Source of the DNA: an uncultured Clostridia bacterium
GTDB lineage: Bacteria; Bacillota; Clostridia; Christensenellales; UBA1242
Length of the DNA: 64,000 bases
Direction: 5' to 3'
NCBI GenBank assembly: GCA_930971385.1
Contig: CAKNGB010000001.1
Location: forward strand, 348,468 to 412,467
Numbering within the stretch: the stretch's first letter is position 1; the number at the start of each line of letters is the position of its first letter. The notes under the pieces are model-generated. The model was not told the DNA's origin and did no database searches. It worked only from the letters and a program-made list of their open reading frames with translations. This document shows, piece after piece, positions 18,756 through 28,438 of this stretch. The position numbers and the translations under genes were made by a program.

Positions 18756-18800
18756 GTTGTGGTAATATGCAAGCATAACACACTATATATTGTGGTTATA
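18756..18800. repeat. Intergenic palindromic repeat family, copy C (inside the pheS-pheT operon)
   Basis: gttgtggtaatatgcaagcataacacactatatattgtggttata; the core ataacacac tatata ttgtggttat is palindromic. Confidence 0.65.
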
Positions 18801-18820
18801 TATTTTTAGGAGAAGAAAAA

Positions 18821-21217
18821 ATGAAGATTTCTTATAATTGGTTAAAAGATTTTGTTAAGATTAATATTCCTGCTGAGGAACTTGCAAACAAACTTTCCGT
18901 TTCTGGTTTTGAAGTGGAAGAAGTTATTCATATGAACGAACATTTGCATGATGTTTACGTGGGGAAAATCACAAAAATTGAAAAGCATCCAGAGGCAGAT
19001 AAACTTCAAATTTGCCAAGTTGATGTGGGAAATAAACAGGTGCAAATCATCACTTCTGCAACTAATGTTTTTGAGGGCGCTGTTGTTCCTGTTTCCTTGG
19101 AGGGCGCAGATTTAGCAAATGGTGTTAAAATTAAACCAACTGCTTTTCGTGGCGTGAAAAGTGAGGGAATGTTTTGTTCTGGCGAAGAACTTGGCATTGA
19201 TGAAAACTATATTGAGGGCGCTGGAATTAATGGCATTTTGATTTTGCCAAGTTCTATGCGTGCTGGCGAAAAGATTGAGGACGCGCTTATGCTTAACGAT
19301 GTTGTTTTCGACATCAACGTCACACCAAATCGCCCTGACTGCAACAGTGTGATTGGCATTGCACGCGAAGTTTGTGCAATTTATGACTTAGAATTTACCG
19401 ATGTTGACTATTCATATAAAGCAACAGGCGACGATGTTAAAAAATATATCAATGTGGAAGTTAAGACGGATAAGTGTCCAAGATATATGGCGTCGTTTGT
19501 TAAAGATTTAAAAATTGAACGCTCTCCACTTTGGCTTAGGTCAAGACTTTTTTCTGTTGGCATTAAACCTATCAACACGATTGTTGATATCACAAACTAT
19601 GTGCTAATCGAGCAAGGTCAACCTATGCACGCATTCGAATATAAACACTTGGCTGGCAAGAAAATTATCGTTCGCCAGGCAAAAGACGGCGAGCAAATTA
19701 AAGTTTTGAACGGAAACTCTTACTCATTGTCTCATGACGATATGGTGATTGCCGATAGCGAAAAACCTGTGGTTATTGCAGGCGTTATTGGCGGTGTTAA
19801 TTCTTGTGTGGAAGAAGGCACAAAAGAAACCGTGTTTGAATGTGCGGTTTTTGACCTTAAATCTGTTCGCTTAACTTCAAGAAAGTTTGGGCTTGCCACA
19901 GACTCATCGCTTAGATATTCAAAGGGTGTTTACCTAAGCACACCAATTAATGCCATAAAGCGTGCGCTGAACCTTGTTTGCACACTTAAATGCGGAACTA
20001 TTGTTGGCGGGCTTATTGACACTTGCAAGGAAAAATACACTCCAAGAACTGTTAAGGCATCACTTAAAAAGATTGATAAGATTTTGGGAATTGAAATTGA
20101 CAGAAAGCGAATTTTCCAAATTTTAAATAGCCTTGGAATTAAATCGACGATAAATGGTGACACAATCATTTGCTCTCTTCCATACACTCGCGAAGATATT
20201 GAATGTGAAAATGATTTGGCAGAAGAACTCATCCGTATTTATGGCTATGATGTTTACAATAACATCGAAGGTGGAGCATTTGAAAATTCCTCTGTCACAA
20301 TCGGCGCTTACGAGCCAAGGCTTGTTATGGAAAACGAAATGAAAAAGGAACTTGTTGACAATGGTTTCTATGAAACTTTGAACTATTCCTTGTATTCCTC
20401 CACTGCTTGCGAAAAACTTTTAATTGAAGATGAAAGAAAGATTGTTATAAAACTTGCAAATCCAATCAGCGAAGACTTATCCACGGTTAGAACGGTTATG
20501 GCACACGCGCTTTTGTTGGATATTAAATATAACCTTTCAGTTGGTAATAAGAATTTGAGATTTTTTGAAACAGGAAGAATTTATCTTCCAAAAGCTCTTC
20601 CATTAACCGAACTTCCAGTGGAGAATAACAGACTTTCAATTGCGGTTTGTGAAGACGGATATGATTTCTTTATGCTTAAAAATGTTATGGAAAATCTTTT
20701 GCTTTCCACATCTTGTGAATATAAAATTGAAAGAAGCACTGAGCCATATCTTCACAGCGGAGTGAGCGCAGACATCTTTGCCAAAGACGGCAAAAAAGTT
20801 GGCTGGTTTGGAAAAATTCATAAAAAGATTTTGAAAAACTATGACATAAACCATGATGTTTACTATGCCGAACTTGACACCGACTATCTTGCAAGTTTGC
20901 CAGAAAAGAAGTTTGCTGTTAAAGAACTTTCCAAATTTCCAGCAGTTGAAAGAGATATTGCAGTGGTTGTGGACGAAGAGGTCACAAATAAGGAACTGAT
21001 ATCTGCCATTAAGTCTGCTTGCGGAAAACATTTTGACGGCGTGGAACTTTTCGATGTTTACAGAAGCGAACAACTTGGCGAAAACAAGAAAAGTTTGGCA
21101 TACAAAATTCGCTTGATAAGCGAAGAAAAAACTTTGACAACTGAGGAAATTAACGCAATTATTAATAAAGTTTTGCGCAGTTTGGAATTTAGATACCGCG
21201 CAAAATTAAGAGTGTGA
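18821..21217 (+). CDS. pheT: Phenylalanine--tRNA ligase beta subunit
   Basis: N-terminal MKISYNWLKDF, tRNA-binding, B3/4, B5 and FDX-ACB type layout, 798 aa. Confidence 0.95.
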   Translation: MKISYNWLKDFVKINIPAEELANKLSVSGFEVEEVIHMNEHLHDVYVGKITKIEKHPEADKLQICQVDVGNKQVQIITSATNVFEGAVVPVSLEGADLANGVKIKPTAFRGVKSEGMFCSGEELGIDENYIEGAGINGILILPSSMRAGEKIEDALMLNDVVFDINVTPNRPDCNSVIGIAREVCAIYDLEFTDVDYSYKATGDDVKKYINVEVKTDKCPRYMASFVKDLKIERSPLWLRSRLFSVGIKPINTIVDITNYVLIEQGQPMHAFEYKHLAGKKIIVRQAKDGEQIKVLNGNSYSLSHDDMVIADSEKPVVIAGVIGGVNSCVEEGTKETVFECAVFDLKSVRLTSRKFGLATDSSLRYSKGVYLSTPINAIKRALNLVCTLKCGTIVGGLIDTCKEKYTPRTVKASLKKIDKILGIEIDRKRIFQILNSLGIKSTINGDTIICSLPYTREDIECENDLAEELIRIYGYDVYNNIEGGAFENSSVTIGAYEPRLVMENEMKKELVDNGFYETLNYSLYSSTACEKLLIEDERKIVIKLANPISEDLSTVRTVMAHALLLDIKYNLSVGNKNLRFFETGRIYLPKALPLTELPVENNRLSIAVCEDGYDFFMLKNVMENLLLSTSCEYKIERSTEPYLHSGVSADIFAKDGKKVGWFGKIHKKILKNYDINHDVYYAELDTDYLASLPEKKFAVKELSKFPAVERDIAVVVDEEVTNKELISAIKSACGKHFDGVELFDVYRSEQLGENKKSLAYKIRLISEEKTLTTEEINAIINKVLRSLEFRYRAKLRV

Positions 21218-21270
21218 TTAAATATATTAAACACAAAAAACTTTTAGTTTTAGCGAAAAAATTAGAGTTT

Positions 21271-21306
21271 TGTGGCATACTACACAATATCTTGTTATGG
21301 TATGCA
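21271..21306. repeat. Intergenic palindromic repeat family, copy D
   Basis: In tgtggcatactacacaatatcttgttatggtatgca, gcatac and gtatgc form the outer stem. Confidence 0.65.
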
Positions 21307-21333
21307 AAAATTTGAGAGTAAAAGGAGGAGAGT

Positions 21334-22455
21334 ATGATTTTTCTTGATAACGCTGGCACGACGAAGATGTTTGAAGAATGTTTGAAAACCTATGGCTACT
21401 ATGCTTGCGAAAAATTTTACAATCCTTCTGCCATTTCTCGTGAAAGCGCTTTTGTGCATGGCGAACTTGAAAAAGTTAAAAAGTTGATTTTAAAAAAACT
21501 TGGCGCATACAAAGGCACAATCATATTCACAGGTGGTGCAACTGAAAGTAACAACTTGGCAATTAAAGGTAGTGTCAGAAACGGCGACTACACTTACATT
21601 TTCACTAACGGCGAACATCCGTCTGTTTATAATGTTGCCAAAAGTCTAATGAATGACGGTCGCAAAGTGGAACTTATTAAATTAGACGCAAATGGGCAAG
21701 CCGATTTAAAGGACCTTGAAGAAAAACTGTCGCCAAAAGTGAGGTTAATTTCTTGTATGCTTGTCAGCAACGAAACGGGAGCTATGAACGATATTAAAAA
21801 AATTTCCGCTTTAAGAGATAAACTTGCACCAAACGCCCTTTTGCATGTAGACGCAGTGCAAGGCTTTATGAAAATACCTTTCAACGTGACCGAACTTGGA
21901 ATTGACCTTCTCTCTTTTTCAGCACATAAATTTCATGGCCCAAAAGGCGTGGGCGGGCTGTATGTTAAAAATCTTTCATCCATTAAAAACATCGTGGAAG
22001 GTGGCGGTCAGGAATATGGCATCCGTTCGGGAACAGAAAATGTTCCAGGCATCATGGCAATGGCAACTGCGATTGAAAAAATTGATATTAAGAAAAATTT
22101 TACGCGTGTTAAAGAATTGTGCGAAAAATTAAACAACATTTTAAGCAAGGAAGAAGGAATTATAATACATAACTATAACGGTTCGCCATACATTGAAAGT
22201 GTGACCTTTAAAGGTGTGAAGGGGGAAACCATGCTTCACGCTTTGGAAGAAAAGGGAGTGATTGTTGGGCTTGGAAGTGCTTGCTCGGCAAAGAAGGCTG
22301 GTAACAGAGTTTTGAAAGAGATTGGTTTTGCTGATGAAGAGATAATTTCCAGTTGCCGAATTAGTTTCAACGCGTATATGACAGGCGAGGAAATTGAAAC
22401 GGCTGGAAGAATTATTGTGGAAACATTTCAAGAGATGAAGAAAAGGGTTAGTTAA
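21334..22455 (+). CDS. Cysteine desulfurase (class V aminotransferase, thiI-associated NifZ/IscS type)
   Basis: SAHKFHGPKGVGGLYV PLP-lysine motif and GSACSA active-site loop. The stop overlaps the thiI start (TAATG). Confidence 0.85.
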   Translation: MIFLDNAGTTKMFEECLKTYGYYACEKFYNPSAISRESAFVHGELEKVKKLILKKLGAYKGTIIFTGGATESNNLAIKGSVRNGDYTYIFTNGEHPSVYNVAKSLMNDGRKVELIKLDANGQADLKDLEEKLSPKVRLISCMLVSNETGAMNDIKKISALRDKLAPNALLHVDAVQGFMKIPFNVTELGIDLLSFSAHKFHGPKGVGGLYVKNLSSIKNIVEGGGQEYGIRSGTENVPGIMAMATAIEKIDIKKNFTRVKELCEKLNNILSKEEGIIIHNYNGSPYIESVTFKGVKGETMLHALEEKGVIVGLGSACSAKKAGNRVLKEIGFADEEIISSCRISFNAYMTGEEIETAGRIIVETFQEMKKRVS

Positions 22456-23621
22456 TGAAAAAGGTTTTATTATTAAAATTTGGGGAACTTTTCCTTAAAG
22501 GTAAGAATAAAAAGGATTTTGAAAATTTGCTTATGGAAAACATTAAAGCAAAACTTTCTTCATTTAAATATAAAATCTCATACACGCTTGGGCGAATTGT
22601 GATTTCTGATTATGAACTAGATGACGAGTGGGCGATTGTGGAAGAACTTAAAACTGTGTTTGGGCTTATTGGCGTTTCCAAAGCGGTGGAGGTTGACACC
22701 TCGGAAGAAAACATCTTTGCCTATGCATCCAGCATTTCGCTTTCTGGCACCTTTCGCGTCAACGCCAAAAGAGCGGATAAAAAATTTCCACTTTCTTCCA
22801 TGGAACTTGAACGAAAACTTGGCGAAGTGATTTTAACTCACAACGAAAACCTGAAAGTTGACTTGCATAATCCAGAGCATATCGTTTATGTGGAAATTCG
22901 ATTTAACAACAAAACTTACATATATTATGAAACCATTAAGTGTGCGGGCGGGCTTCCACTAGGTTCAGCAGGCAAGGCGCTTTTACTTCTGTCGGGAGGC
23001 ATAGACAGTCCAGTTGCTGGCTACCTTATGGCAAAGCGAGGGCTTAAACTTGAAGCTGTGCATTTTCATTCTTATCCTTACACCAGTGAGCAGGCAAAAG
23101 AAAAGGTGATTGAACTTGGAAGAAAGTTGACAAAATATTGCGATGAAATAAAACTTCACATCGTTTCTTTCACAAAAGTGCAAGAGCAAATTCACATGAA
23201 TTGCGACTCGGAATATATGATAACAATCATGCGCAGAATTATGATGCGTGTGGCCGAGAAGATTTGCAAGGAAAATGACCTTGGTGCAATCATCACAGGC
23301 GAAAGTTTAGGGCAGGTGGCAAGCCAAACCATGCCAAGCATAAATGTCACAAACAGTGTGGTTTCCCTTCCTGTTTTTCGTCCACTTATCGCATTTGATA
23401 AGGAAGATATAATTGAAATTGCCAAAGAGATTGACACCTACGACACATCTATTTTGCCATATGAAGATTGTTGCACGGTTTTTTTGCCAAAATATCCAGT
23501 TATTAAACCAACGATTAGACGCGCTGAATATAATGAAAAATTTTTGAATGTTGACGCGCTTGTTGACGAGGCGATAGCCACAAAAGAGGAGATTATTCTA
23601 AAAGAGATTAATTTCTGTTAA
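22455..23621 (+). CDS. thiI: tRNA 4-thiouridine synthase ThiI (no rhodanese domain)
   Basis: THUMP-like N-terminus and the PP-loop LLLSGGIDSPVAGYLMAKRG. Confidence 0.9.
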   Translation: MKKVLLLKFGELFLKGKNKKDFENLLMENIKAKLSSFKYKISYTLGRIVISDYELDDEWAIVEELKTVFGLIGVSKAVEVDTSEENIFAYASSISLSGTFRVNAKRADKKFPLSSMELERKLGEVILTHNENLKVDLHNPEHIVYVEIRFNNKTYIYYETIKCAGGLPLGSAGKALLLLSGGIDSPVAGYLMAKRGLKLEAVHFHSYPYTSEQAKEKVIELGRKLTKYCDEIKLHIVSFTKVQEQIHMNCDSEYMITIMRRIMMRVAEKICKENDLGAIITGESLGQVASQTMPSINVTNSVVSLPVFRPLIAFDKEDIIEIAKEIDTYDTSILPYEDCCTVFLPKYPVIKPTIRRAEYNEKFLNVDALVDEAIATKEEIILKEINFC

Positions 23622-23754
23622 TAAATCTTTAATTAAACATAATTCAAAGCCTTAATATAACAATTTGAAATGGTTATGCAAAATGCATAGCTGTTTATTT
23701 TTATGCAATCACATTTTCATAAATTTTCATTATTCAAAATTTTAATAAAAAATT

Positions 23755-23772
23755 AATGTATAAATATTCATA
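23755..23772. promoter_or_regulatory. Candidate ARG box
   Basis: aatgtataaatattcata against the recalled consensus TnTGAATwwwwATTCAnw. It lies just upstream of the argR -35. Confidence 0.3.
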
Positions 23773-23779
23773 AATTCGC

Positions 23780-23808
23780 TTGCATATTTATTAATTTTAA
23801 TGTATAAT
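23780..23808 (+). promoter_or_regulatory. SigA-type promoter of argR
   Basis: TTGCAT, 17 bp spacer, TATAAT. Confidence 0.55.
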
Positions 23809-23902
23809 AATGAAAAGAGCGTGAATAGTTATAAATTTATAATTATGCAAAAATCGCCACACATCCCTAAAATAAAGGGATGTAGAGTTAAGGAGCAACA
23901 TT

Positions 23903-24355
23903 ATGGCAAGGAGTTTAAGACAGTCAAAAATTCTGGAATTAATCTCTGTTAAGGAGATTGAAACACAAGATGAACTTGCAAAAGAACTTAAAAATGCCAA
24001 CTTCGACATTACACAAGCCACCATTTCGCGCGATATTAAAGAACTTGGTTTAACCAAAATTCAATCGGCAAATGGTAAATATAAATATGCCATTCTTGGC
24101 ACTGAGCAACAGGCGGTTTCTAATAAATACATCACAATTTTTAAGGAGTCGGTTATCTCTGTTAAAAACGCTCTTAATCTTGCTGTTATCAAAACCATTA
24201 AAGGTATGGGCGGAAGTGTGGCGTCTTTTATCGACAAACTTAATCTTATCGACCTTATGGGAACAACTTTTGGCGACGACACCGTGCTTCTTGTTTTTCC
24301 AACCACAGCCTTATCAAGTGAGGCTGTTGCCACGCTTAACAACATTTTGGTTTAG
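23903..24355 (+). CDS. argR: Arginine repressor
   Basis: wHTH ETQDELAKELKNANFDITQATISRDIKELGL and a C-terminal oligomerisation domain with GDDT. It is adjacent to recN, as in Bacillus. Confidence 0.9.
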   Translation: MARSLRQSKILELISVKEIETQDELAKELKNANFDITQATISRDIKELGLTKIQSANGKYKYAILGTEQQAVSNKYITIFKESVISVKNALNLAVIKTIKGMGGSVASFIDKLNLIDLMGTTFGDDTVLLVFPTTALSSEAVATLNNILV

Positions 24356-24364
24356 GAGGGAGTT

Positions 24365-26023
24365 ATGCTTTCTTCTCTTTTTATTTCAAACCTTGCACTC
24401 ATCAAAAATTCTGAGATAAATTTTAACAAAGGCTTCAATGTCATCTTAGGGCAATCGGGCGCAGGTAAAAGTATTTTGATTGACGCGCTTAGTTTTGTTT
24501 TGGGTGCAAAGGCAGATAAAACACTTCTTCGCACTGGCGAAAAAGTTATGCGAGTGGAGGCAGTTTTTGACGAAGTGCCAGAAAACATTAAGCAAATCTT
24601 ATCCTCTCTCGACATCGAGTTCGATGGCGAATTGTTGCTTTCAAGAACATTAAATTCTGACGGCAAAAGTGTGATAAGGGTTAACGGCGCAGTGGTTGTG
24701 CTTAAAACTTTGAAGGAAATAACCGAAAATTTGATTGATTTTTGTGGTCAGCATGACAGTGTTTCGCTTATTAACACCAACAATCATCTTTCCATTTTGG
24801 ATAGGTTTATTGGCGTAAAGGCACAAGAACATCTATCTAAAATTGACGCGCTTTGCAGTGAAATTGGCGCTATCGACAAGGATATTAAAAACCTAGGTGG
24901 AAACGACCTAGAAAGAAATCGACTTAAAGAGATTTTAAAATTTCAAATTGATGAAATTGAGCGTGCAAAATTAACAGAAGGCGAGGAAGAGGAACTTAAA
25001 GAGCGATTTTCTTACATATCTTCGGCAGAAAACATTGCAGAAAAGGTCGGCTCGGCATTAACAAAACTTGATCAGCAACAAGAAAGTGCTACAAGTTTGA
25101 TTTTTGAGGCTAAGTCGCTTTTAAGAGAACTATCCGATTTTCAAAATATTTCCGACTGCTATGAGCGTTTAGAAAATTCCTATTATGAAATTAAAGATAT
25201 TGTGGAAAATTTGGAAGAAGTTGCACGAAACACCGACTTCGACCAAACAGAACTTGAACGAATTGATTTGCGCTTAGATTTAATTAAAGATTTAAAACGA
25301 AAATATGGCAACAGCGTGGGCAAGGTTTTGGAATTTTTGGAGGATGCCAAAAAGCGTTTAAACGACCTGGAAAATAGTGAAGAAGCGCTTGCGAATTTGA
25401 CAATTAAAAAGGATAAAGTTTTAAAAGAACTAGATTACGAGTGTGAAAAACTTTCCTCTTTAAGAAAAGAATATGCTTTAACTTTGGAAGATAAAGTGAT
25501 GAAAGAACTAAGTGACCTTCAAATGAAAGGCACAAGTTTTAAGGTTAACTTTATGGGCACAACCGCTGGAAGAAAAGGCAAAGATGTTGTGAAGTTTGTG
25601 TTTTCAGCAAATGCAGGGCAAGAGATGAAAGATTTATCAAAAACTGCGTCAGGTGGAGAACTTTCTAGGCTTCTTTTGGCGTTTAAAAACATCATGCTTG
25701 GCAAAGAAAATTCTTCCACGGTGGTGTTTGATGAAATCGACTCTGGCATAAGCGGACAAACGGCAGGTAAGGTGTCAGAAAAACTTCAAAACATTTCAAA
25801 ATTCGTTCAGGTCATCTGCATCACTCACACTCCAGTTGTGGCAAGTAAGGGCGATGAGTTTATTTTGGTGACAAAGAAAACGGATAATGGCGAAACCATA
25901 TCTCATGCGGAAATCATTGAAGGTGATTTTGTTGTGAGGGAGATTGCAAGTTTAATCGATGGCGAAAAAGATGTTTCACAAACCGCGCTTGAACACGCAA
26001 AAGTGCTTTTAAATAAAAATTAA
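24365..26023 (+). CDS. recN: DNA repair protein RecN
   Basis: Walker A GQSGAGKS, a coiled coil, the ASGGELSR signature and VFDEIDSG Walker B. Confidence 0.9.
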   Translation: MLSSLFISNLALIKNSEINFNKGFNVILGQSGAGKSILIDALSFVLGAKADKTLLRTGEKVMRVEAVFDEVPENIKQILSSLDIEFDGELLLSRTLNSDGKSVIRVNGAVVVLKTLKEITENLIDFCGQHDSVSLINTNNHLSILDRFIGVKAQEHLSKIDALCSEIGAIDKDIKNLGGNDLERNRLKEILKFQIDEIERAKLTEGEEEELKERFSYISSAENIAEKVGSALTKLDQQQESATSLIFEAKSLLRELSDFQNISDCYERLENSYYEIKDIVENLEEVARNTDFDQTELERIDLRLDLIKDLKRKYGNSVGKVLEFLEDAKKRLNDLENSEEALANLTIKKDKVLKELDYECEKLSSLRKEYALTLEDKVMKELSDLQMKGTSFKVNFMGTTAGRKGKDVVKFVFSANAGQEMKDLSKTASGGELSRLLLAFKNIMLGKENSSTVVFDEIDSGISGQTAGKVSEKLQNISKFVQVICITHTPVVASKGDEFILVTKKTDNGETISHAEIIEGDFVVREIASLIDGEKDVSQTALEHAKVLLNKN

Positions 26024-26032
26024 GGGATATGT

Positions 26033-26230
26033 ATGGTAAAGAAAAAATTGGATGAGAAAGAAAAGAAACAAATCATAAAAAGAGTAAGTCACACAATGGA
26101 ATGTGAGAAAATGCCATTATCTAAAAGAGATATAGAAAACGGACAAGCAATTTTAAACGATGTTAAATCGGTTGATGAAATTATTTTTGAAGAAGAAAAC
26201 AAGATGAAAGAAGAAGGTTTAATCGACTAA
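26033..26230 (+). CDS. Small protein, possibly VbhA-like (Fic-antitoxin-type) domain
   Basis: AAGGGA RBS. SHTMEC...NDVKSVDEII resembles the recalled VbhA SQRLEG...GELETSDVI pattern. Confidence 0.35.
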   Translation: MVKKKLDEKEKKQIIKRVSHTMECEKMPLSKRDIENGQAILNDVKSVDEIIFEEENKMKEEGLID

Positions 26231-26279
26231 TTGACAGCATGAAATAAAACAAATAGCATAGATATTCACATCATTTCAT

Positions 26280-26308
26280 TTGACAAAATTCTTAAAATAT
26301 TCTAAACT
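26280..26308 (+). promoter_or_regulatory. Promoter placed for a leaderless ruvC transcript
   Basis: TTGACA, 17 bp spacer, TAAACT, then 6 nt to the ATG at 26315. No SD is present. Confidence 0.45.
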
Positions 26309-26314
26309 TAGTGT

Positions 26315-26803
26315 ATGAGAATTTTGGGAATTGACCCTGGCTATGCGATTGTGGGGTTTGGAATTATTGATACGGAAAAAAATAACGAGGTCATCGACTT
26401 CGGCGTGATTGAAACGCCGAAAGAGGACCCGTTACCAATTCGTTTGCAACACATTGAAGAGGCGCTTCGTGTGATTTTTGAAACATACAGACCTGACGAA
26501 GTGGCAATTGAGGAACTTTTCTATTTTAAAAACCAAAAAACCGTTATTCAAGTGGCACAGGCTAGGGGTGTTATTGTGCTTGCAAGTCAAAAATATTGCG
26601 GAAGAATTTTTGAATACACTCCAATTCAAATTAAGCAGGCTTTAACTGGAAACGGACACGCCGAGAAAAAGCAGATGCAATATATGGTGAAAAATGTTTT
26701 AGGGCTATCTTCAATTCCAAAGCCAGACGACGCAGCAGATGCGCTTGCAGTGGCAATTTGTCATAGCCAAATTAACCCAAGATTGAATTTTAATATGATG
26801 TGA
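26315..26803 (+). CDS. ruvC: Holliday junction resolvase RuvC
   Basis: MRILGIDPGYAIVGFGII start and a catalytic D/E pattern, upstream of ruvAB. Confidence 0.9.
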   Translation: MRILGIDPGYAIVGFGIIDTEKNNEVIDFGVIETPKEDPLPIRLQHIEEALRVIFETYRPDEVAIEELFYFKNQKTVIQVAQARGVIVLASQKYCGRIFEYTPIQIKQALTGNGHAEKKQMQYMVKNVLGLSSIPKPDDAADALAVAICHSQINPRLNFNMM

Positions 26804-26810
26804 GGAAAAT

Positions 26811-27416
26811 ATGATTGCATTTTTAGTGGGAACTATTGAAGAAAAATATGAAAATGTGCTTATTATGGATGTTAACGGCGTGGGTTATGAACTACTAATT
26901 TCCAATAACACGCTTGTGGCACTTCCAAATGTTAACGAAACAACAAAAGTTTTAACCTATCTTCATGTGAAAGATGATGGGGTGGCTTTATATGGCTTTG
27001 CAACACCTGAAGAAAAAAGCATTTTTATGAAACTTATCACTGTTTCTGGTGTTGGTCCAAAAATGGCAATAACAATTTTGTCGGGCATGAAAATTTCCGA
27101 TTTAATTGTGGCTATAACGCGCGAGGATGTTTCTCTTCTTTCCAAAATTAAAGGTTTAGGTAAAAAAACGGCGGAGAGGGTGTGTTTGGAACTTAAGGAT
27201 AAGATTAACGCCACAGGTTTTGAAACTGACCTATTTAACTATAAGGATAACATTGGCAATTTCATTAACGAAAACGCACTTAAAGACGCAGTTGACACAC
27301 TTATTGCACTCGGCGTCAACAAAAATGAGGCATATGGGCTTGCGCGCGCTAATGCTGGCGACGGCGCAACTGCTGAGGAAATCATTTGGAAAGTTTTAAG
27401 GCAACTTGGAAGATAA
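26811..27416 (+). CDS. ruvA: Holliday junction helicase subunit RuvA
   Basis: Typical MI..L.G start, an OB fold, and HhH motifs (GVGPKMA, GLGKKTAERV). Confidence 0.9.
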   Translation: MIAFLVGTIEEKYENVLIMDVNGVGYELLISNNTLVALPNVNETTKVLTYLHVKDDGVALYGFATPEEKSIFMKLITVSGVGPKMAITILSGMKISDLIVAITREDVSLLSKIKGLGKKTAERVCLELKDKINATGFETDLFNYKDNIGNFINENALKDAVDTLIALGVNKNEAYGLARANAGDGATAEEIIWKVLRQLGR

Positions 27417-27428
27417 TTGAGGTGAAAT

Positions 27429-28430
27429 ATGGATGACAGGTTTATCACAAGCACAAAAAATTGGACGGATGCTGAAATTGAAACATCTCTTCGTCCAACA
27501 TCGCTTGACCAATATGTTGGGCAAGATAAAATTAAGGAAAGTTTGAAGGTTTACATTCAGGCGGCAAAGTCACGAAAAGACGCGCTTGACCATGTTCTTT
27601 TATATGGTCCTCCAGGTCTTGGAAAAACCACTCTTTCGCATATTATTGCCAAGGAACTCGGCTCGCAGATTAAAATCACATCGGGTCCTGCCATTGAGCA
27701 CGCTGCCGACCTTGCTGCCATTCTCACAAATCTTCAAAAAAATGATGTTTTGTTTATTGACGAAATTCACAGGCTCAACAAAACTGTGGAGGAAATTCTC
27801 TATCCTGCCATGGAAGATTTTGCGCTTGATTTCATTGTGGGAAAAGGTCCATCGGCAAAGAATATGCGCTTAAAAATTCAGCCTTTCACACTCATCGGTG
27901 CAACCACAAAAGCGGGAATGTTAACAAGCCCACTTCGCGACAGGTTTGGTGTTATTTGCAGGCTGGAACTTTACACCGACCAAGACCTTAAAATCATCAT
28001 CGAGCGTTCGGCAAAAATCTTAAACATCAAAATTGCCGAAAACGCAAGTTTAGACATTGCAAAACGCTCTCGCGGAACGCCAAGAATTGCCAACCGACTT
28101 TTGAAGCGTGTGCGTGACTACGCCGAGGTTTTAGGCAGTGGCGAAATCACAAAAGAGATAACAGACCAGGCGCTTGCCAAAATGGAAATTGACGAACTTG
28201 GGTTAGATTTTATTGATAGGAAAATTTTGGAAAGCATTATATATAAGTTTGGTGGCGGGCCAGTTGGGCTTGACACGCTTTCTGCCACAATCGGCGAGGA
28301 TGCTGGCACAATTGAAGATGTTTATGAGCCATATCTTCTTCAACTTGGCTTCATTGCACGCACTCCACGCGGAAGAATTGCCATGGAAAACGCGTATAGG
28401 CATTTAGGGATAGACTACCAAGCAAAATAG
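27429..28430 (+). CDS. ruvB: Holliday junction helicase subunit RuvB
   Basis: LRP..LD.YVGQ, Walker [10 protein letters not shown] and Walker B FIDEIHRL. Confidence 0.95.
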   Translation: MDDRFITSTKNWTDAEIETSLRPTSLDQYVGQDKIKESLKVYIQAAKSRKDALDHVLLYGPPGLGKTTLSHIIAKELGSQIKITSGPAIEHAADLAAILTNLQKNDVLFIDEIHRLNKTVEEILYPAMEDFALDFIVGKGPSAKNMRLKIQPFTLIGATTKAGMLTSPLRDRFGVICRLELYTDQDLKIIIERSAKILNIKIAENASLDIAKRSRGTPRIANRLLKRVRDYAEVLGSGEITKEITDQALAKMEIDELGLDFIDRKILESIIYKFGGGPVGLDTLSATIGEDAGTIEDVYEPYLLQLGFIARTPRGRIAMENAYRHLGIDYQAK

Positions 28431-28438
28431 AGGAATTT

